DNA of 64,000 bases from the human T2T-CHM13v2.0 reference genome, Homo sapiens. The stretch lies in the NCBI RefSeq assembly GCF_009914755.1, contig NC_060933.1. The stretch is one strand, 5' to 3'. Positions 1 through 13,331 of the stretch are shown in pieces. The notes beneath the pieces are model-generated. The model saw only the letters and a program-made list of their open reading frames with translations, was not told the DNA's origin and searched no databases. A program made the position numbers and the translations under genes. Numbering within the stretch: the first letter of the stretch is position 1; every line of letters starts with the position of its first letter.

Positions 1-447
1 TTGTAGAGTTTCTGCCGAGAGATCCGCTGTTAGTCTGATGGGCTTCCCTTTGTGGGTAACCCGACCTTTCTCTCTGGCTGCCCTTAACATTTTTTCCTTC
101 ATTTCAACTTTGGTGAATCTGACAATTATGTGTCTTGGAGTTGCTCTTCTCGAGGAGTACCTTTGTGGTGTTCTCTGTATTTCCTGAATCTGAATGTTGG
201 CCTGCCTTGCTAGAATGGGGAAGTTCTCCTGGATAATATCCTGCAGAGTGTTTTCCAACTTGGTTCCATTCTCCCCATCACTTTCAGGTACACCAATCAG
301 ACGCAGATTTGGTCTTTTCACATAGTCCCATATTTCTTGGAGGCTTTGTTCGTTTCTTTTTATTCTTTTTTCTCTAAACTTCCTTTCTCCCTTCATTTCA
401 TTCATTTCATCTTCCCTGACTGATAACCTTTCTTCCAGTTGATTGCA

Positions 448-777
448 TCAGCTCCTGAGGCTTCTGCATTCTCCACGTAGTTCTCGCGCCTTGGCTTTCA
501 GCTCCATCAGCTCCTTTAAGCACTTCTCTGTATTGGTTATTCTAGTTATACATTTGTCTAAATTTTTTTCAAAGTTTTCAACTTCTTTGCCTTTGGTTTG
601 AATTTCCTCCTGTAGCTCGGAGTAGTTTGATCGTCTGAAGCCTTCTTCTCTCAACTCGTCAAAGTCATTCTCTGTCCAGCTTTGTTCCATTGCTGGTGAG
701 GAGCTGCATTCCTTTGGATGAGGAGAGGTGCTCTGATTTTTAGAGTTTCCAGTTTTTCTGCTCTGTTTTCTCCCCAT
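448..777 (-). pseudogene. L1 ORF1p, truncated by a premature stop after 109 codons
   Basis: Translation matches the ORF1p N-terminus and coiled coil. ...ECRSLRS is followed by TGA where the consensus has CGA (CpG decay); ORF1 homology continues to position 1. Confidence 0.93.
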
Positions 778-1360
778 CTTTGTGGTTTTATCTACTTTTG
801 GTCTTTGATGATGGTGATGTACAGATGGGTTTTTGGTGTGGATGTCCTTTCTGTTTGTTAGTTTTCCTTCTAACAGAGAGGACCCTCAGCTGCAGGTCTG
901 TTGGAGTTTGCTAGATTTCCACTCCAGACCCTGTTTGCCTGGGTATCAGCAGCGGTGTCTACAGAACTGCAGATTTTCATGAACCTCAAATGCTGCTGTC
1001 TGATCGTTCCTCTGGAAGTTTTGTCTCAGAGGAGTACCCGGCCGTGTGAGGTGTCAGTCTGCCCCTACTGGGGGGTGCCTCCCAGTTAGGCTTCTTGGGG
1101 GTCAGGGGTCAGGGACCTACTTGAGGAGGCAGTCTGCCCATTCTCAGATCTCCAGCTGCGTGCTGGGAGAACCACTGCTCTCTTCAAAGCTGTCAGACAG
1201 GGACATTTAAGTCTGCAGAGGTTACTGCTGTCTTTTTGTTTGTCTGTGCCCTGCCATCAGAGGTGGAGCCTACAGAGGCAGGCAGGCCTCCTTGAGCTGT
1301 GGTGGGCTCCACCCAGTTCGAGCTTCCAGGCTGCTTTGTTTACCTAAGCAAGCCTGGGCA

Positions 1361-1435
1361 ATGGCGGGTGCCCATCCCCAAGCCTCGCTGCCGCCTTGCA
1401 GTTTGATCTCTGACTGCTTTGCTAGCAATCAGTGA
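1361..1435 (+). pseudogene. L1 ORF0 of left element, truncated (MAGAHPQASLPPCSLISDCFASNQ*)
   Basis: ATG in GGGCAATGG context at 1361; a CGA>TGA change at 1433-1435 stops it after 24 codons. Confidence 0.85.
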
Positions 1436-2067
1436 GACTCCGTGGGCGTGGGACCCTCTGAGCCATGTGCGGGATATAATCTCCTGGTGTGCCGTTTCCT
1501 AAGCCCATCGGAAAAGTGCAGTGTTTGGGTGGGAGTGACCCGATTTTCCAGGTGCCGTCTGTCACCCCTTTCCTTGGCCAGGAAAGGGAACTCCCTGACC
1601 CCTTGCACTTCCTGAGTGAGGCAATGCCTCGCCCTGCTTCGGCTCGTGCACAGCGCGCTGCACCCACTGACCTGCACCCACTGTCTGGCACTCCCTAGTG
1701 AGATGAACCCAGTACCTCAGATGGAAATGCAGAAATCACCCGTCTTCTGCGTAGCTCACGGTGGGAGTTGTAGACAGGAGCTGTTCCTATTCGGCCATCT
1801 TGGCTCCTCCCTCCTCCATGGAATTTTATTGCCAAAATATCATTTTTGTTTCTTTAAAAGGAGAAGACTTTTTAGTGCAAAAGGAAGATTTTGTGACAGT
1901 GAGCAATTGTTATATATTGCCCTTAGTTCTAAAATAATGTTTTGGAATATCCTTCTCTTGCCACCTTTAAAACTAGACTGAATTCTCATCTTGCTTCCTA
2001 GAGCAGCGTTTCTTCTAAAAATTTTAAACTTGTTCCGTTGGCTCTACATACATTTTTGTCAATGCCA

Positions 2068-2232
2068 GTTTAGTGTGGTAGAATAGATAATCTGCTGCTT
2101 ACTGGGTGTGTGACCTTAAGAATATTGCTTTGCCTCATCAAACCTGTTTACTCTTTTATGGAATGGTAATAAAATACTCCCTACTCTTGAAGGAGCCTTT
2201 TTGAGGGATTAAATGAGATAATGTATATAAAA
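2068..2232 (+). mobile_element. MIR relic
   Basis: Degenerate MIR core (tgtgtgacctt...gggattaaatgagataatgtatataaaagtg); boundaries approximate. Confidence 0.6.
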
Positions 2233-3409
2233 GTGGATAGATCCAAATTACTTACTTTCCATCTTTTTGAAACACTTAAACTTTCAGTCAAACCAATCAC
2301 TATACTCTATCTAAACAACAGCAGGAAGCTGCTTTGCTGAAGATGGTGAGAGGCTGCCGCATTTACCAGTGGTATACCCAGGAACAATGTGGCAGATGTG
2401 GCCATTCAGATAAATGGCTATGAGAGTAGACTGGGGGTGACATCTGTCAGTACATTAATTATTAGAGATGATCTGGCCATCATCTGGATAACTGGCTGAC
2501 TTAGTATCCCCTCCCTCCCTTACCATGCCATGTGCATCTTTTCTGAAGCTGCGGACCCAAGGAAAGAGAATGACTTTCCCAGGTAGAAGAGTCCTCCTTA
2601 GTCATAGGTCCATTCTTCATTAGAACCTCCAACTCAGCTCTACCTGTTAAAGCAGCTAAGATATTTTGGTACATATTCTGGTTTTGCTCACTTGAAAGAT
2701 CTATGCAGAAAGCCAGATTAGACAGAGAGGAAGGTGATCGATGAATATCTAAGCTACCAAAGTAGCAGAAACTCACAGCAGAAGAGAAAATAATAGCAAA
2801 CTCAGAGCTAAGAGCACTAACTCATAATTCATGCACTGATAACAAGAGAACACTTATTTCCTGCAGAGGACAATTTTTAAAAGGTATTGCATATCTATAG
2901 TTGGAAAATTTGGTTAGGAAGAGTGGCATCATTCCAATTGTTACCAAAATTGCATCTTGGAGAATTCTAAGGGAACAGAAACTTTGCGATTTCTGCTTGC
3001 ATCAGTTAGAGTATTAGGCAAAGATGATGCCTTCATATTTTGTTCTAGATAGCCTTGAACATAACCTTGCACACAATTTAGGATACAAAACTTGCTTTTA
3101 TTATAAGAGGTAACAATACAAGGAGTCTGGAGAGAAATCCCATGTCCAAAATAATGGGAATTTATTAAGTTTATAAAATTATATATATATATATTTCCTT
3201 CATTTAGCAGATGATTGATACATGAGGCAGATTGACCATCCTATATAGTATCTTCCCTCTCCTAGCTTATAATGTCATTTGGAAGATAAAAGACTAGATA
3301 GACAGTTTTGAAATAGTGATACATATCATTGAATACTAAAGAAAGAAAGACACATAGTGAAAGCTATAGATATGCACTACAAGCTAATATGCTTAAGAAA
3401 GCCTTTGTG

Positions 3410-3660
3410 GTGGGTGGATCACTTGAAGTCAGGAGTTCAAGACCAGCCTGGCCAAGATGGTGAAACCCCATCTCTACTAAAACTACAAAAATTGGCTGGG
3501 CATGGTGGCAGGCATCTGTGATCCCAGCTACTCGGGAGGCTGAGGCAGGAAAATCGCTTGAATCCAGGAGGCGGAGGTTACAAAGATTGCACCATTGTAC
3601 TCCAGCTTGGGTGACAAGAACAAAACTCCATCTCAAAAAAAAAAAAAAAAAGGAAAAAAA
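3410..3660 (+). mobile_element. 5'-truncated AluS
   Basis: Alu body and A tail; perfect 15-bp TSD AAGAAAGCCTTTGTG at 3395-3409 and 3661-3675. Confidence 0.95.
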
Positions 3661-3713
3661 AAGAAAGCCTTTGTGATACTGGGCAGCCTGTAAATCTTGG
3701 GTAGGATTGAAAT

Positions 3714-4063
3714 ACAATTAGTCCTCTACTTACAATAACCAACAACAAATTTTTTACTTTATTTTGGTGAAACAGCAATATGCATTCAGTAGAAAATTTA
3801 TTTCAAGTACCCATACAACCATTCTTTTTTTCACTTTTAGCACAGTACTTAATAAATTATATGAAATATTCAGCACTTTATTATAAAACATGCTTTGTGT
3901 TAGATGATTTTGCCCAATTGTAGCCCAGCACATTTAAGGTAGGTGTGGGGAAGCTGGGATGTTTGGTAAGTGAGGTGTGTTAAATGCATTTTCAACTTAC
4001 AATATTTTCAACTTAAGATGGGTTTATCAGGATATAACCCCATTGTAAGTTGAGGAGCATCTG
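3714..4063 (-). mobile_element. MER47A-like Tigger MITE
   Basis: Minus strand starts CAGATGCTCCTCAACTTACAATGGGGTTATATCCTGATAAACCCATC; TA flanks; degenerate TIR at the other end. Confidence 0.8.
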
Positions 4064-4761
4064 TAACCAATTCCTTTATCCGCTGGAGGCTGAGGTTTGG
4101 CCAATGTGTAATCCCAGATTGGTTTCACCCTGACACCCAGCCTGTTTCTAGACAGTCTCCCCATTTCAGTCAACCCATGCTTATAAAAGGGAAAACCATT
4201 GTCCTAAGCCATGTGTTCTTGAGAGGAAAAGTTTAAATCAACTGTAGGAAAGAGAAGAAGTGAATAGTAAGTACTGGTTCATTTTCCTACCCAACTTTTA
4301 GAGGTAGTGACTCTGCCAATATGCCCCTTTTGCTGATAGATGCCAAGCGTTTAGAACTGAGCTAATCAGAATATACTGCATTTCTTGTTAGATTTCACAC
4401 ATTATTTTGCCCATCACACAGCTAGGTTTAGGATGCAGAGACAGAGAACTGGTTCCTCATCTTTCTTTCACTCTTGAGAGTTGCAGATCCCTGCCCAATC
4501 CTGCCTCGCTCCCCACCACCACAATATTAAGTTCAGCTCTGGTCATTGGTTTCCTGTCCTCCTCCTCCATCTGACCACTGGGACAATCCTTCAAGAAGGC
4601 TACAGTCTGCTTTGCCACTCAGTATCTCCTTCCTGACAAATCTTTGCCACCTTCTTCGTTCTTTAGACAACATTATACCTGTTGTTTCCAGAGAAGCATC
4701 TCTGATCTACTGCCCTACTCAAGGGTTGTGGGCAGCATTAATCATAACCCTGAGCTAGGTA

Positions 4762-4902
4762 GGTTGGGCACAGTGGCTTATGCCTGGAATGCTGGCACTT
4801 TTGGGAGCTGAGGCAGGAGAACTGCTTGAGCTCAGGAGTTTGAGACTAGCCTGGGCAACTTAGTGAGACCCCATTTCTATGAAAAAGAAAAAAAAAAAAA
4901 AA
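4762..4902 (+). mobile_element. Alu monomer (FLAM-like)
   Basis: Single left-arm Alu with A tail, flanked by CTGAGCTAGG duplications. Confidence 0.85.
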
Positions 4903-5211
4903 CTCTGAGCTAGGGGCCTATGGGCTGAACTGCACTATTTTCCAATATGGAGGTCTGGAGTTCTAGAAAAACTAGAAAACTCTATAAGAAGTATAGAGGT
5001 AAAGTTGGGTACTAACATTTTTTAAAATCATTTTTAATCTGCTAATGCCTAATCTTAGCATTTCCAACTGTTAAAATTATCAGGTATTTCAAACAGTGAG
5101 ACAACTGAATCTGTTTCATTCCCATAGTAAGTAGCATTTTGGCAAGCCCTCTTCACTATACTGTCCGACCTAAAAAGACAGCCTTCCAAGGAGGGTAGAA
5201 AGTGCTCTTGG

Positions 5212-5499
5212 GGTTGGGTGTGGTGGCTCACGCCTGTAATCCCAACACTTTGGGAGGCCGAGGCGGGTGGATCACCTGAGATCAGGAGTTTGAGACCTGC
5301 CTTGCCAACATGGCAAAACCTCGTCTCTACTAAAAATACAAAAAATTAGCTGGGCATGGTGGTGGACACCTATAATACCAGCTACTCAGGAGGTTGAGGC
5401 AGGAAAATTGCTTGAACCCAGGAGACAGAGGTTGCAGTGAGCTGAGATCACGCCACTTCGCTCCACCCTGGGTGACAGAGTGAGACTCCATCTCAAAAC
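5212..5499 (+). mobile_element. AluSx-like
   Basis: Full dimer with short tail; TSD AAAGTGCTCTTGG. Confidence 0.95.
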
Positions 5500-5699
5500 A
5501 AAGTGCTCTTGGATAAACATTGTTTTGTAATAATATTGCTTCCATTTATGAATTTTATCATTTGATGATAAAATCAAGTGATCAGTAACATCTTCAAGGA
5601 AACTGGCAGATGTATATAGAAAGATAATGACTCATCTAATAATTTATCACAAACAATAGTTAGAAATTTCAAAAGTACCTGAAAGGTATATAATTCAAT

Positions 5700-5830
5700 T
5701 GTGTGTTCATTCATGCATTCGTTTATTCAGCCATTGTTTGGATACCTACTATGTGCCAGACATTGTAGATGATGCTGAAAAATGATGAGCAGGATAAATG
5801 TACCTGCCTCCATGGAGTTTTCAGAATGTG
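5700..5830 (-). mobile_element. L2 3'-end relic
   Basis: ttcattcatgcattc...acctactatgtgccagacattg is typical of the L2 tail. Confidence 0.55.
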
Positions 5831-7609
5831 AAGGAGAAAGATAAGATCACAATTATTTCAAAATTAGGTATTTATAGATATATAACTGCTATAAGGAAGA
5901 TTTTATTATTGTTGCATATCTTTTCAAGCCCAAACAAAAGCATTTTAAAATAGTCTTAACAGCAGTTCCTGAGGATACAGTATCTCTGTCAACTACCAGA
6001 ACAGCCAAAAATTGAGTCTAGTAGACTGACACATTTAATCAACAGATTTACCAGTTTTCCATGTTATTCTCTCCCTAGCAGGCATACTGATGTATGTTCA
6101 CTGTTTCCAAGCTTTCCAAAGTCATGACATCCCTGTCGCTCTGAGAGCAGTGTGACCAAGTCACATAACACTGTGGATCCCAGCTCAGAGATACACAGTA
6201 GTGGTTCACCTGTGGCTTCCTTTTGCCTCCCTGTCCTCATGAGAGCAGCGACTGAACAGCTAAGCCAGGCTGGGGGGACCCCTGACTGCCAGCCCCCTTG
6301 CTGGCCCATCTGAGGCACAGCTTCTACATCAGTGAGAGAAAGAAACTTAGGGAAAATCCCAAAGCTCACATATTGCCTTTTGCCAGTGAAAAAGGAAAAG
6401 ATGCTTTAACAGTGCTTTCTCTGGAAAAGCCTTTGTGTGCTTAATGATGTCTTCATGTGCTTATACTATCTCCTTGATTCCTTGAATTCTACATGGAATT
6501 AAAGCTCAACCATAACCCCCCATACACATTTCTATGGCCCTCCAGCTCTGTCATGACAGTGCAGTCAATTGCTATGGAAAATTTTTGTCTTGTCTTTTCA
6601 GGTTAGTGTGAGAAATCATTATGTTGAATTAGAAACACTGAAACATTGTGATTATAGAAAGAAGAGCTTGGTTCAAATACTCTTTTTTATTAACATAAGG
6701 AGGTCAAAATTACATATACCAGATGTGTTTAGCTCCCTAAACCAAATGTGTCAAACTGAAGCTTTCTAGAACAGAGTTTCTCCAAGTATTATGATGTTAT
6801 ATCCTCCTCACATTAGCTGTAAGAAGCTAAGATTTTTTTCCCTTACTTCCCAGGACTCAGGTTAACATTCCAAAAAGAACATCTGCAAAAACAAACAAAA
6901 AAAGTAAAAAACAAAAACAAACAAACAAAAAAACCTCATCTCTTTGAATCTAAACAAATGCTCTGGTCTTTTATTTTTTCATGAATCTTGTGTTTAAATG
7001 AAAGTTTTTTTCTTATAACTTTCCAGTGTGATAACCACACACCCCAAGAGAGCTAGAGGCTTTTGTGAGCTTAAAAAAAAAAAAAAAAAAAAAAAAAGAA
7101 CTTTCCAAGGAATGTGATTAATACTACATCCCTAAGCAAGCAATTAGGTACCCTTGTATCTGACACATAAAAATGAGAAATAGAAATCTATAGGCAGTGC
7201 TCTTTTTTTGTGAAAGACACTGTATTGCTTCAGCTGTTTTTCTTTTAAAGTAGGGAATGGTATCACTGTTTATTCTAATTAGAAAATACGTAAATGCTCT
7301 ACAGGTCAAAATCCCAGGGTATGAGATATTCTGTAGGGTTTCTCTCTTCCTTCTTTCCACCCCTCTCAGACTTTCTGAGAAACATTTCCATATTCCCATC
7401 TAAACTCCAAAAACTGATGTAGAGTTTAGCATCCATCACTTTTTCTTGGCCCTGTTTCTTCAATATTCTTATTTTCCCCCTGCATCCGAGATGTTTAATC
7501 CACTTGTTAAATTAAGTAGCACAGAAATAGGGCTATTTTTAAAAGAATCTGAAGGCCAAATCCATCCATTTATCCTACATTATGGGCAATTAAGAAAATG
7601 GTAAGACTT

Positions 7610-7929
<320 letters not shown>

Positions 7930-8898
7930 TTAACAAATACTTAGGGCAAGTGGTTCAGTTGGACTCTGATACTTCTCTAATTGTTGTAATGTAGAGTAAG
8001 AAGTAATCCTCTCAATTGTCCTTGGAACCTCCTTATAAAAAGTAGTCCAAACCTTGCCCAACAGTCTAAATGTTGTATCATTCTGTCTTCATGAAATTGT
8101 TGACATAAGGTACTTTTTCCTTCTCTTCAGTTTATGTTTTCTCAACCTTGTACTCTTAAGAACCATTAAGGACTTGTCTCACATACCCCCTTTAAAAAAA
8201 AAAAGAAATTGCAATTTCCATTAAGTACCAGTTTTATTTAAAAGCAAATAAATTGTTTTTAAGTAAGTAATCGTTTTTATAACATAAATTTGTGTTTTCA
8301 GTTTGATTCTTAAACCATCAACATTTGAATTACCTAGTTCGCTGGGCATGGGCCCAGAAGTTTGCCTTTTAGCAAGCATCTAGTTGGTAACTTCGCACAC
8401 TAAATGGACAAGAAGCCCAATATGTGTCTCTGAATGGGAAGTGTTATTTAATTCTTCAACTCGTCTTTTTTCTTAACCAAAACCAGTATCTTTTATTTTC
8501 TGTAGTATATAATTTTCTTAGAACAAATTGTCTATTTCTGAATCTACATTTTAAAATCCACATAATTTTATCTATTATACCAAAGAGGTTGGAAATAAAG
8601 GACGGAAAGGGAATACAGGCTTGGAATAAGATGATAGTGAAATCACAAATTGAGATATTGTTCTCCCTTGCTCTGTGGCAACAGAACTCAGAAGATAATG
8701 ATAGTGAAAGCTTATGCAAGGACCATTCACTGGTAAAATGGTAGGATAAATGATACTGCCATTGCCACTTCTCCCGCAGTGCAGTCCCTCACACAGCCTA
8801 AAACCATCAGCACTACCATGTACTCTTGTTCGAAGCTGCAAGGGACCAGAAAGCACCGCACTGTCACATTACTTCTACTTTCCTGTTGACTCCTGCAG

Positions 8899-9010
8899 AT
8901 TCGTAACTCGGGCTCCGCTGACAGTACAGTCCAGTTCATCTTCTATCAACCCATCATCCACCGATGGAGGGAGACGGATTTCTTTCCTTGCTCAGCAACC
9001 TGTGGAGGAG
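8899..9010 (+). CDS. ADAMTSL1: ADAMTSL1 coding exon (~exon 8): IRNSGSADSTVQFIFYQPIIHRWRETDFFPCSATCGG(G); spacer end and TSR start
   Basis: Acceptor tcctgcag|AT, donor GAG|gtaatg; 112 nt, phase 0-1; in frame with the next exon; peptide recognised as punctin-1. Confidence 0.96.
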
Positions 9011-9233
9011 GTAATGGTGTTCACTTAGTCTAAAAACTGTTGGCTTCTGTGAGGAAATACTTGGGTATTATAAGAGTAGAGTTACTTCAGCATGGAAGAA
9101 ATTTTGTGCTGTCTTGGACCAGATCCTTTCTTCTGAACAGAGTGGAATCTCGAGGCCCTCCTGTAAGGCAGATACCTCCGCCAAGATGCCAAAGACATTT
9201 TCTGTCTGTAAAGTCCCATTAGAGGAAACAGTC

Positions 9234-9531
9234 TTTTTTTTTTTTTTTTTGAGACAGAGTCTCGCACTGTCGCCCAGGCTGGAGTGCAGTGGCGCCATCT
9301 CGGCTCGCTGCAAGCTCCGCCTCCCGAGTTCACGCCATTCTCCTGCCTCAGCCTCCTGAGTAGCTGGGACTGCAGGCGCCCGCCACCACGCCCGGCTAAT
9401 TTTTTGTATTTTTAGTACGGACGGGGTTTCCCCGTGTTAGCCAGGATAGTCTTGATCTCCTGACCTCGTGATCCGCCCACCTCGGCCTGCCAAAGTGCTG
9501 GGATTACAGGCGTGAGCCACCGTGCCCGACC
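9234..9531 (-). mobile_element. AluY, CpG-rich
   Basis: Poly-T then antisense AluY; TSD GAGGAAACAGTC(TTT) at 9222 and 9532. Confidence 0.96.
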
Positions 9532-10733
9532 GAGGAAACAGTCTTTACTTCTCTCCTTGATTTTGTAGAAGGCCAGAGCTAGAAATATTCTAATTTGGCA
9601 GCAGTTTGGTCCTGAAGCAGGCAGGTCCATTCACTTACATATAAACTACTCATGTGGTTGAAGTAAAGTCATCTATTTAGCAATCAATTAAAGAGTGTTT
9701 ATCAGGCTTACTTAATTAGAGAAAATAGTTTGCTACCAGGAAAAAAAATCTCTGCATTTTAGACTTAGGCTCAGTTATTTTTCAACTCCACCCCATCATC
9801 CATGCATTAAAAGAAATGCCATTCGTTTTATTCATTAAAATGCATCTCTCCTGAAAAGTCACAAAATAAACTCCTGTCTCTGCTCCATCATATTTGTAAC
9901 ACGAACAGCATTTTGTGTTACTAGAAAAGGCTTTTGTGTTACTACAAAAGGTTATTTTTCCTCATTTTCTGCTCATCATAATTATAGTGTTTACATAATA
10001 ATTGCATTGAATTTCCCAATAATTTATTTAGACATTTCCCTACAGCAAATCATTTAGTTCCTTTAACTTTTATGCTTTTATAATACAATGAATAACTTAA
10101 TACCTAAGTATTTTTCTCTTTTCAAATTATTTTCTTGGTATAAATACTCAGGAGTGAGATTGTTAGATCAAGGAATTTCAGAATTTTTGTGGCTATTGGC
10201 ACACATTACCAAATTCTTTCCAGAAGGATAACAATCAGTGTGTGAATATTTTAGATTCATTGCCAACTGAGTCAGTGTTTGTGGATTATTGTTTTTCTAA
10301 CGTAATGGATATAAAATTATATGTCTATTCTTTTGAAAATTAGCACATCAAATAAATTCTAGCTCTAGTTTCATAGAAGCCAGTTAATTGGCTGACTTTA
10401 AATAGCTAATCCACAGAAGTATCACTATATTAATTTGACAAGATATAAAAGGATAGTACCTGAAAATGGAGACAAATGATTACCCATAAATTTTTGGAAA
10501 ACATTGTATGATGTAATTCATCTTTACCTATGTTGTTTCTATCTACACAATGTAAACAAACTACTGAAAAATGTGGTTCTATGGAGCAATGTTGGATTTT
10601 AGCTTAAAAGAAGTCAGTAGAAGTGCCATGAAGTACTTTTACTCAGTTGATAAAAAACTATCAATTCAACACTTTAAGCATTTCAATAGAATGAGTGTTT
10701 CTAGTTGTTCCATCTGTCATGGATAGAAAATCA

Positions 10734-11051
<318 letters not shown>

Positions 11052-13192
11052 TCACTTTGTTTAAAAATGAACTGTCAATTACTTTGATGTTCCATGGGAA
11101 TACATTATTTTGATATTTTTACTAATGACTGGCATAGGAAATAGTTTCAAGGAAAGAATCTAAGGTTTGTTTTTTTTTAAAAAAAAAATGAAAACCATGC
11201 TTTGTGAGAAATAGCACTTCAGTTATATGCACACATAGAGCTGCTATTAGAGTGTGATGTCAGCAACCTTGATAATCGTTCATTACATAATAGGGACATT
11301 GATGTTAGATTTACATGTATCTTACTTCTTTGGGCCTCATTTTCCTCACATGGAAATGAAGAAGTAGAACTATCAGTGGTTTTCAGATGTTTCTGGGTAT
11401 CAAATCTTGCTTCAAAGGAAACCTTAACTATGAAGCCAGGATAAAAGGAAGACTGTTCTGAGTGAAGATGTGAGGGATGTGGAGACCAGCTGTCCTTCCA
11501 CTTTATTTTGAAATGTACTGAAGTTACCAGCTTGAAAATTACTGAAGAAATGATCTCTAAGTTCTCTTCTCTGTTTCTGGTTCCAGATTCAACTGGTTGG
11601 ACATTTTGCTTAGTGTAAAATTTGCTACTCCAAATACCTTATAAAACTTTAGAAAACATGATTATCTGATGATTTTGGTCATTTCCTTCATTTTTGCTCT
11701 AACTCTTCATTTTATACACGCTATAATAGCTTCAAAGCAACAGGTTTAGGCTGACAAATTTTGATTTTGAAGAATAATCATCTCAGATTAATAATTTACT
11801 GCATTGTTCCTGTATTTTACTACATGATAAATTCTGTCCCTGTGTAGAAATTATTATCTGGAAAATTATAAAATAATTAGCCTGTTATAAAATTAGATGC
11901 TTTTAGAGTACAGTGTAATTGAAAAGTAAAAGTGCATTTACTTACTTAAAATGTCATTTTGCTACTTGATTTTTTTATAAAACAAATATTGGATAGAAAA
12001 AGTGTTCTTATCCATTGCTTTCGTTACTTTTCATGCTTTTCATCTTTATAGTCAAATTTTAAAAGGCCTTTTTTTTAGGGTCTTTAATGAACAATTAATT
12101 TCTGTGGGTGGTCTGAGAACACAGCCTTAAGCCAGGAAATCTGGCTCATAAACCTCCTTCTGATTTCCTAAAATCTTTTGCAAGTCCCTTAATGATTTAA
12201 ATCTTGCTTCCTAATATGTATTTAGCAATAACCGTGTTCAACCCACCTGCTAGGGATAATGTATTTGGCAGATTGATTAGGGTAAGAATGATATAAAAGG
12301 CCTAATTTTTTAAAATTCTCTATGCACATTTATTTTTCACCCCGAGAATCTAAGTCTTGATCACCACCCTACCAGAAATCCACAGGACAATAAAAAGGCA
12401 GGTAGGAAAGATAAAACATATGAAAAGAATTAACTATTACTCAACAATACTTTTTTTAAGAGAGGCTTCTTTAAACAGTGACAATTTGTGGGTGGAGGCT
12501 AAGAAATATTCGCTAGAGACTTTTTAAAGAGAATGACAGAAGATTTTGAATATAACAAAAATGGAACAGTAACAGGGAGGTGTTTTTACTAATTCTGCAG
12601 GGAAACAGGATTCGTGATGTCTACTGTTGGAATCTCAATGGTACATTTACTCAACCCACTCAGGTTGAATTTGGGCAAAAATAATGTTCCCAGGCATCTG
12701 GTGGAACCTGATCCTGTGCTGGCCCCCCATGTGCAAGGGGAGCAATGTGGGATTTATTTTGTTTATCTATTTGGGAGTTTATTCTCCCTAGTGCCCCAGG
12801 TACTAAGGAGGCAATTTAGCATTCTTGTATAAGATGGTTGGTAAATCCTGATGATCTTTTTTGGACACAGAATTCTGCATTATATTTTTAGATCATATAA
12901 AAGAAATAACAAGAACAGTTCTTACCAGAGTCTTATTATCTGGCTGGGCCCTTAAGTAGTTCAAGCCTAATTATATAATGTAATTATTAAGATTTGAGTG
13001 GATTACTTGAGAAAAGCACAGTACTTGAGGTCTGCAAAAATTAATGAGCCTTCCAATTATGTGTCTTTTTTCCTGGAAATGACTAAGGCATTGGGGAATA
13101 ATTTCCAGTGATGTGAGCTGGCCAAAATGCATAAAGAAATATATTGCATTGGCATGTACATTTAAACTTGCCTGGATGGTTTGATACTACAG

Positions 13193-13331
13193 GTTATCAG
13201 CTGACATCGGCTGAGTGCTACGATCTGAGGAGCAACCGTGTGGTTGCTGACCAATACTGTCACTATTACCCAGAGAACATCAAACCCAAACCCAAGCTTC
13301 AGGAGTGCAACTTGGATCCTTGTCCAGCCAG
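13193..13331 (+). CDS. ADAMTSL1: ADAMTSL1 coding exon (~exon 9): (G)YQLTSAECYDLRSNRVVADQYCHYYPENIKPKPKLQECNLDPCPA(S)
   Basis: Acceptor tactacag|GT, donor CAG|gtcagt; 139 nt, phase 1-2; completes the TSR begun in the previous exon. Confidence 0.96.

Larger units (their letters stand above)
1..1817 (-). mobile_element. LINE-1 (L1PA4 or early L1PA3-like) 5' UTR plus 5' part of ORF1; continues beyond window start
   Basis: Minus strand begins GGAGGAGCCAAGATGGCCGAATAGGAACAGCTCC (L1 5' end with YY1 site, 1793-1802). ORF1 ATG at 777 (MGRKQSRKTGNSKNQS...). The 5' UTR is ~1040 nt, i.e. the longer type. Confidence 0.97.

Noticed and set aside
7073-7096. Orphan A24 tract
   Set aside because: No attached element or clear TSD; it would only cause oligo-dT internal priming artefacts.
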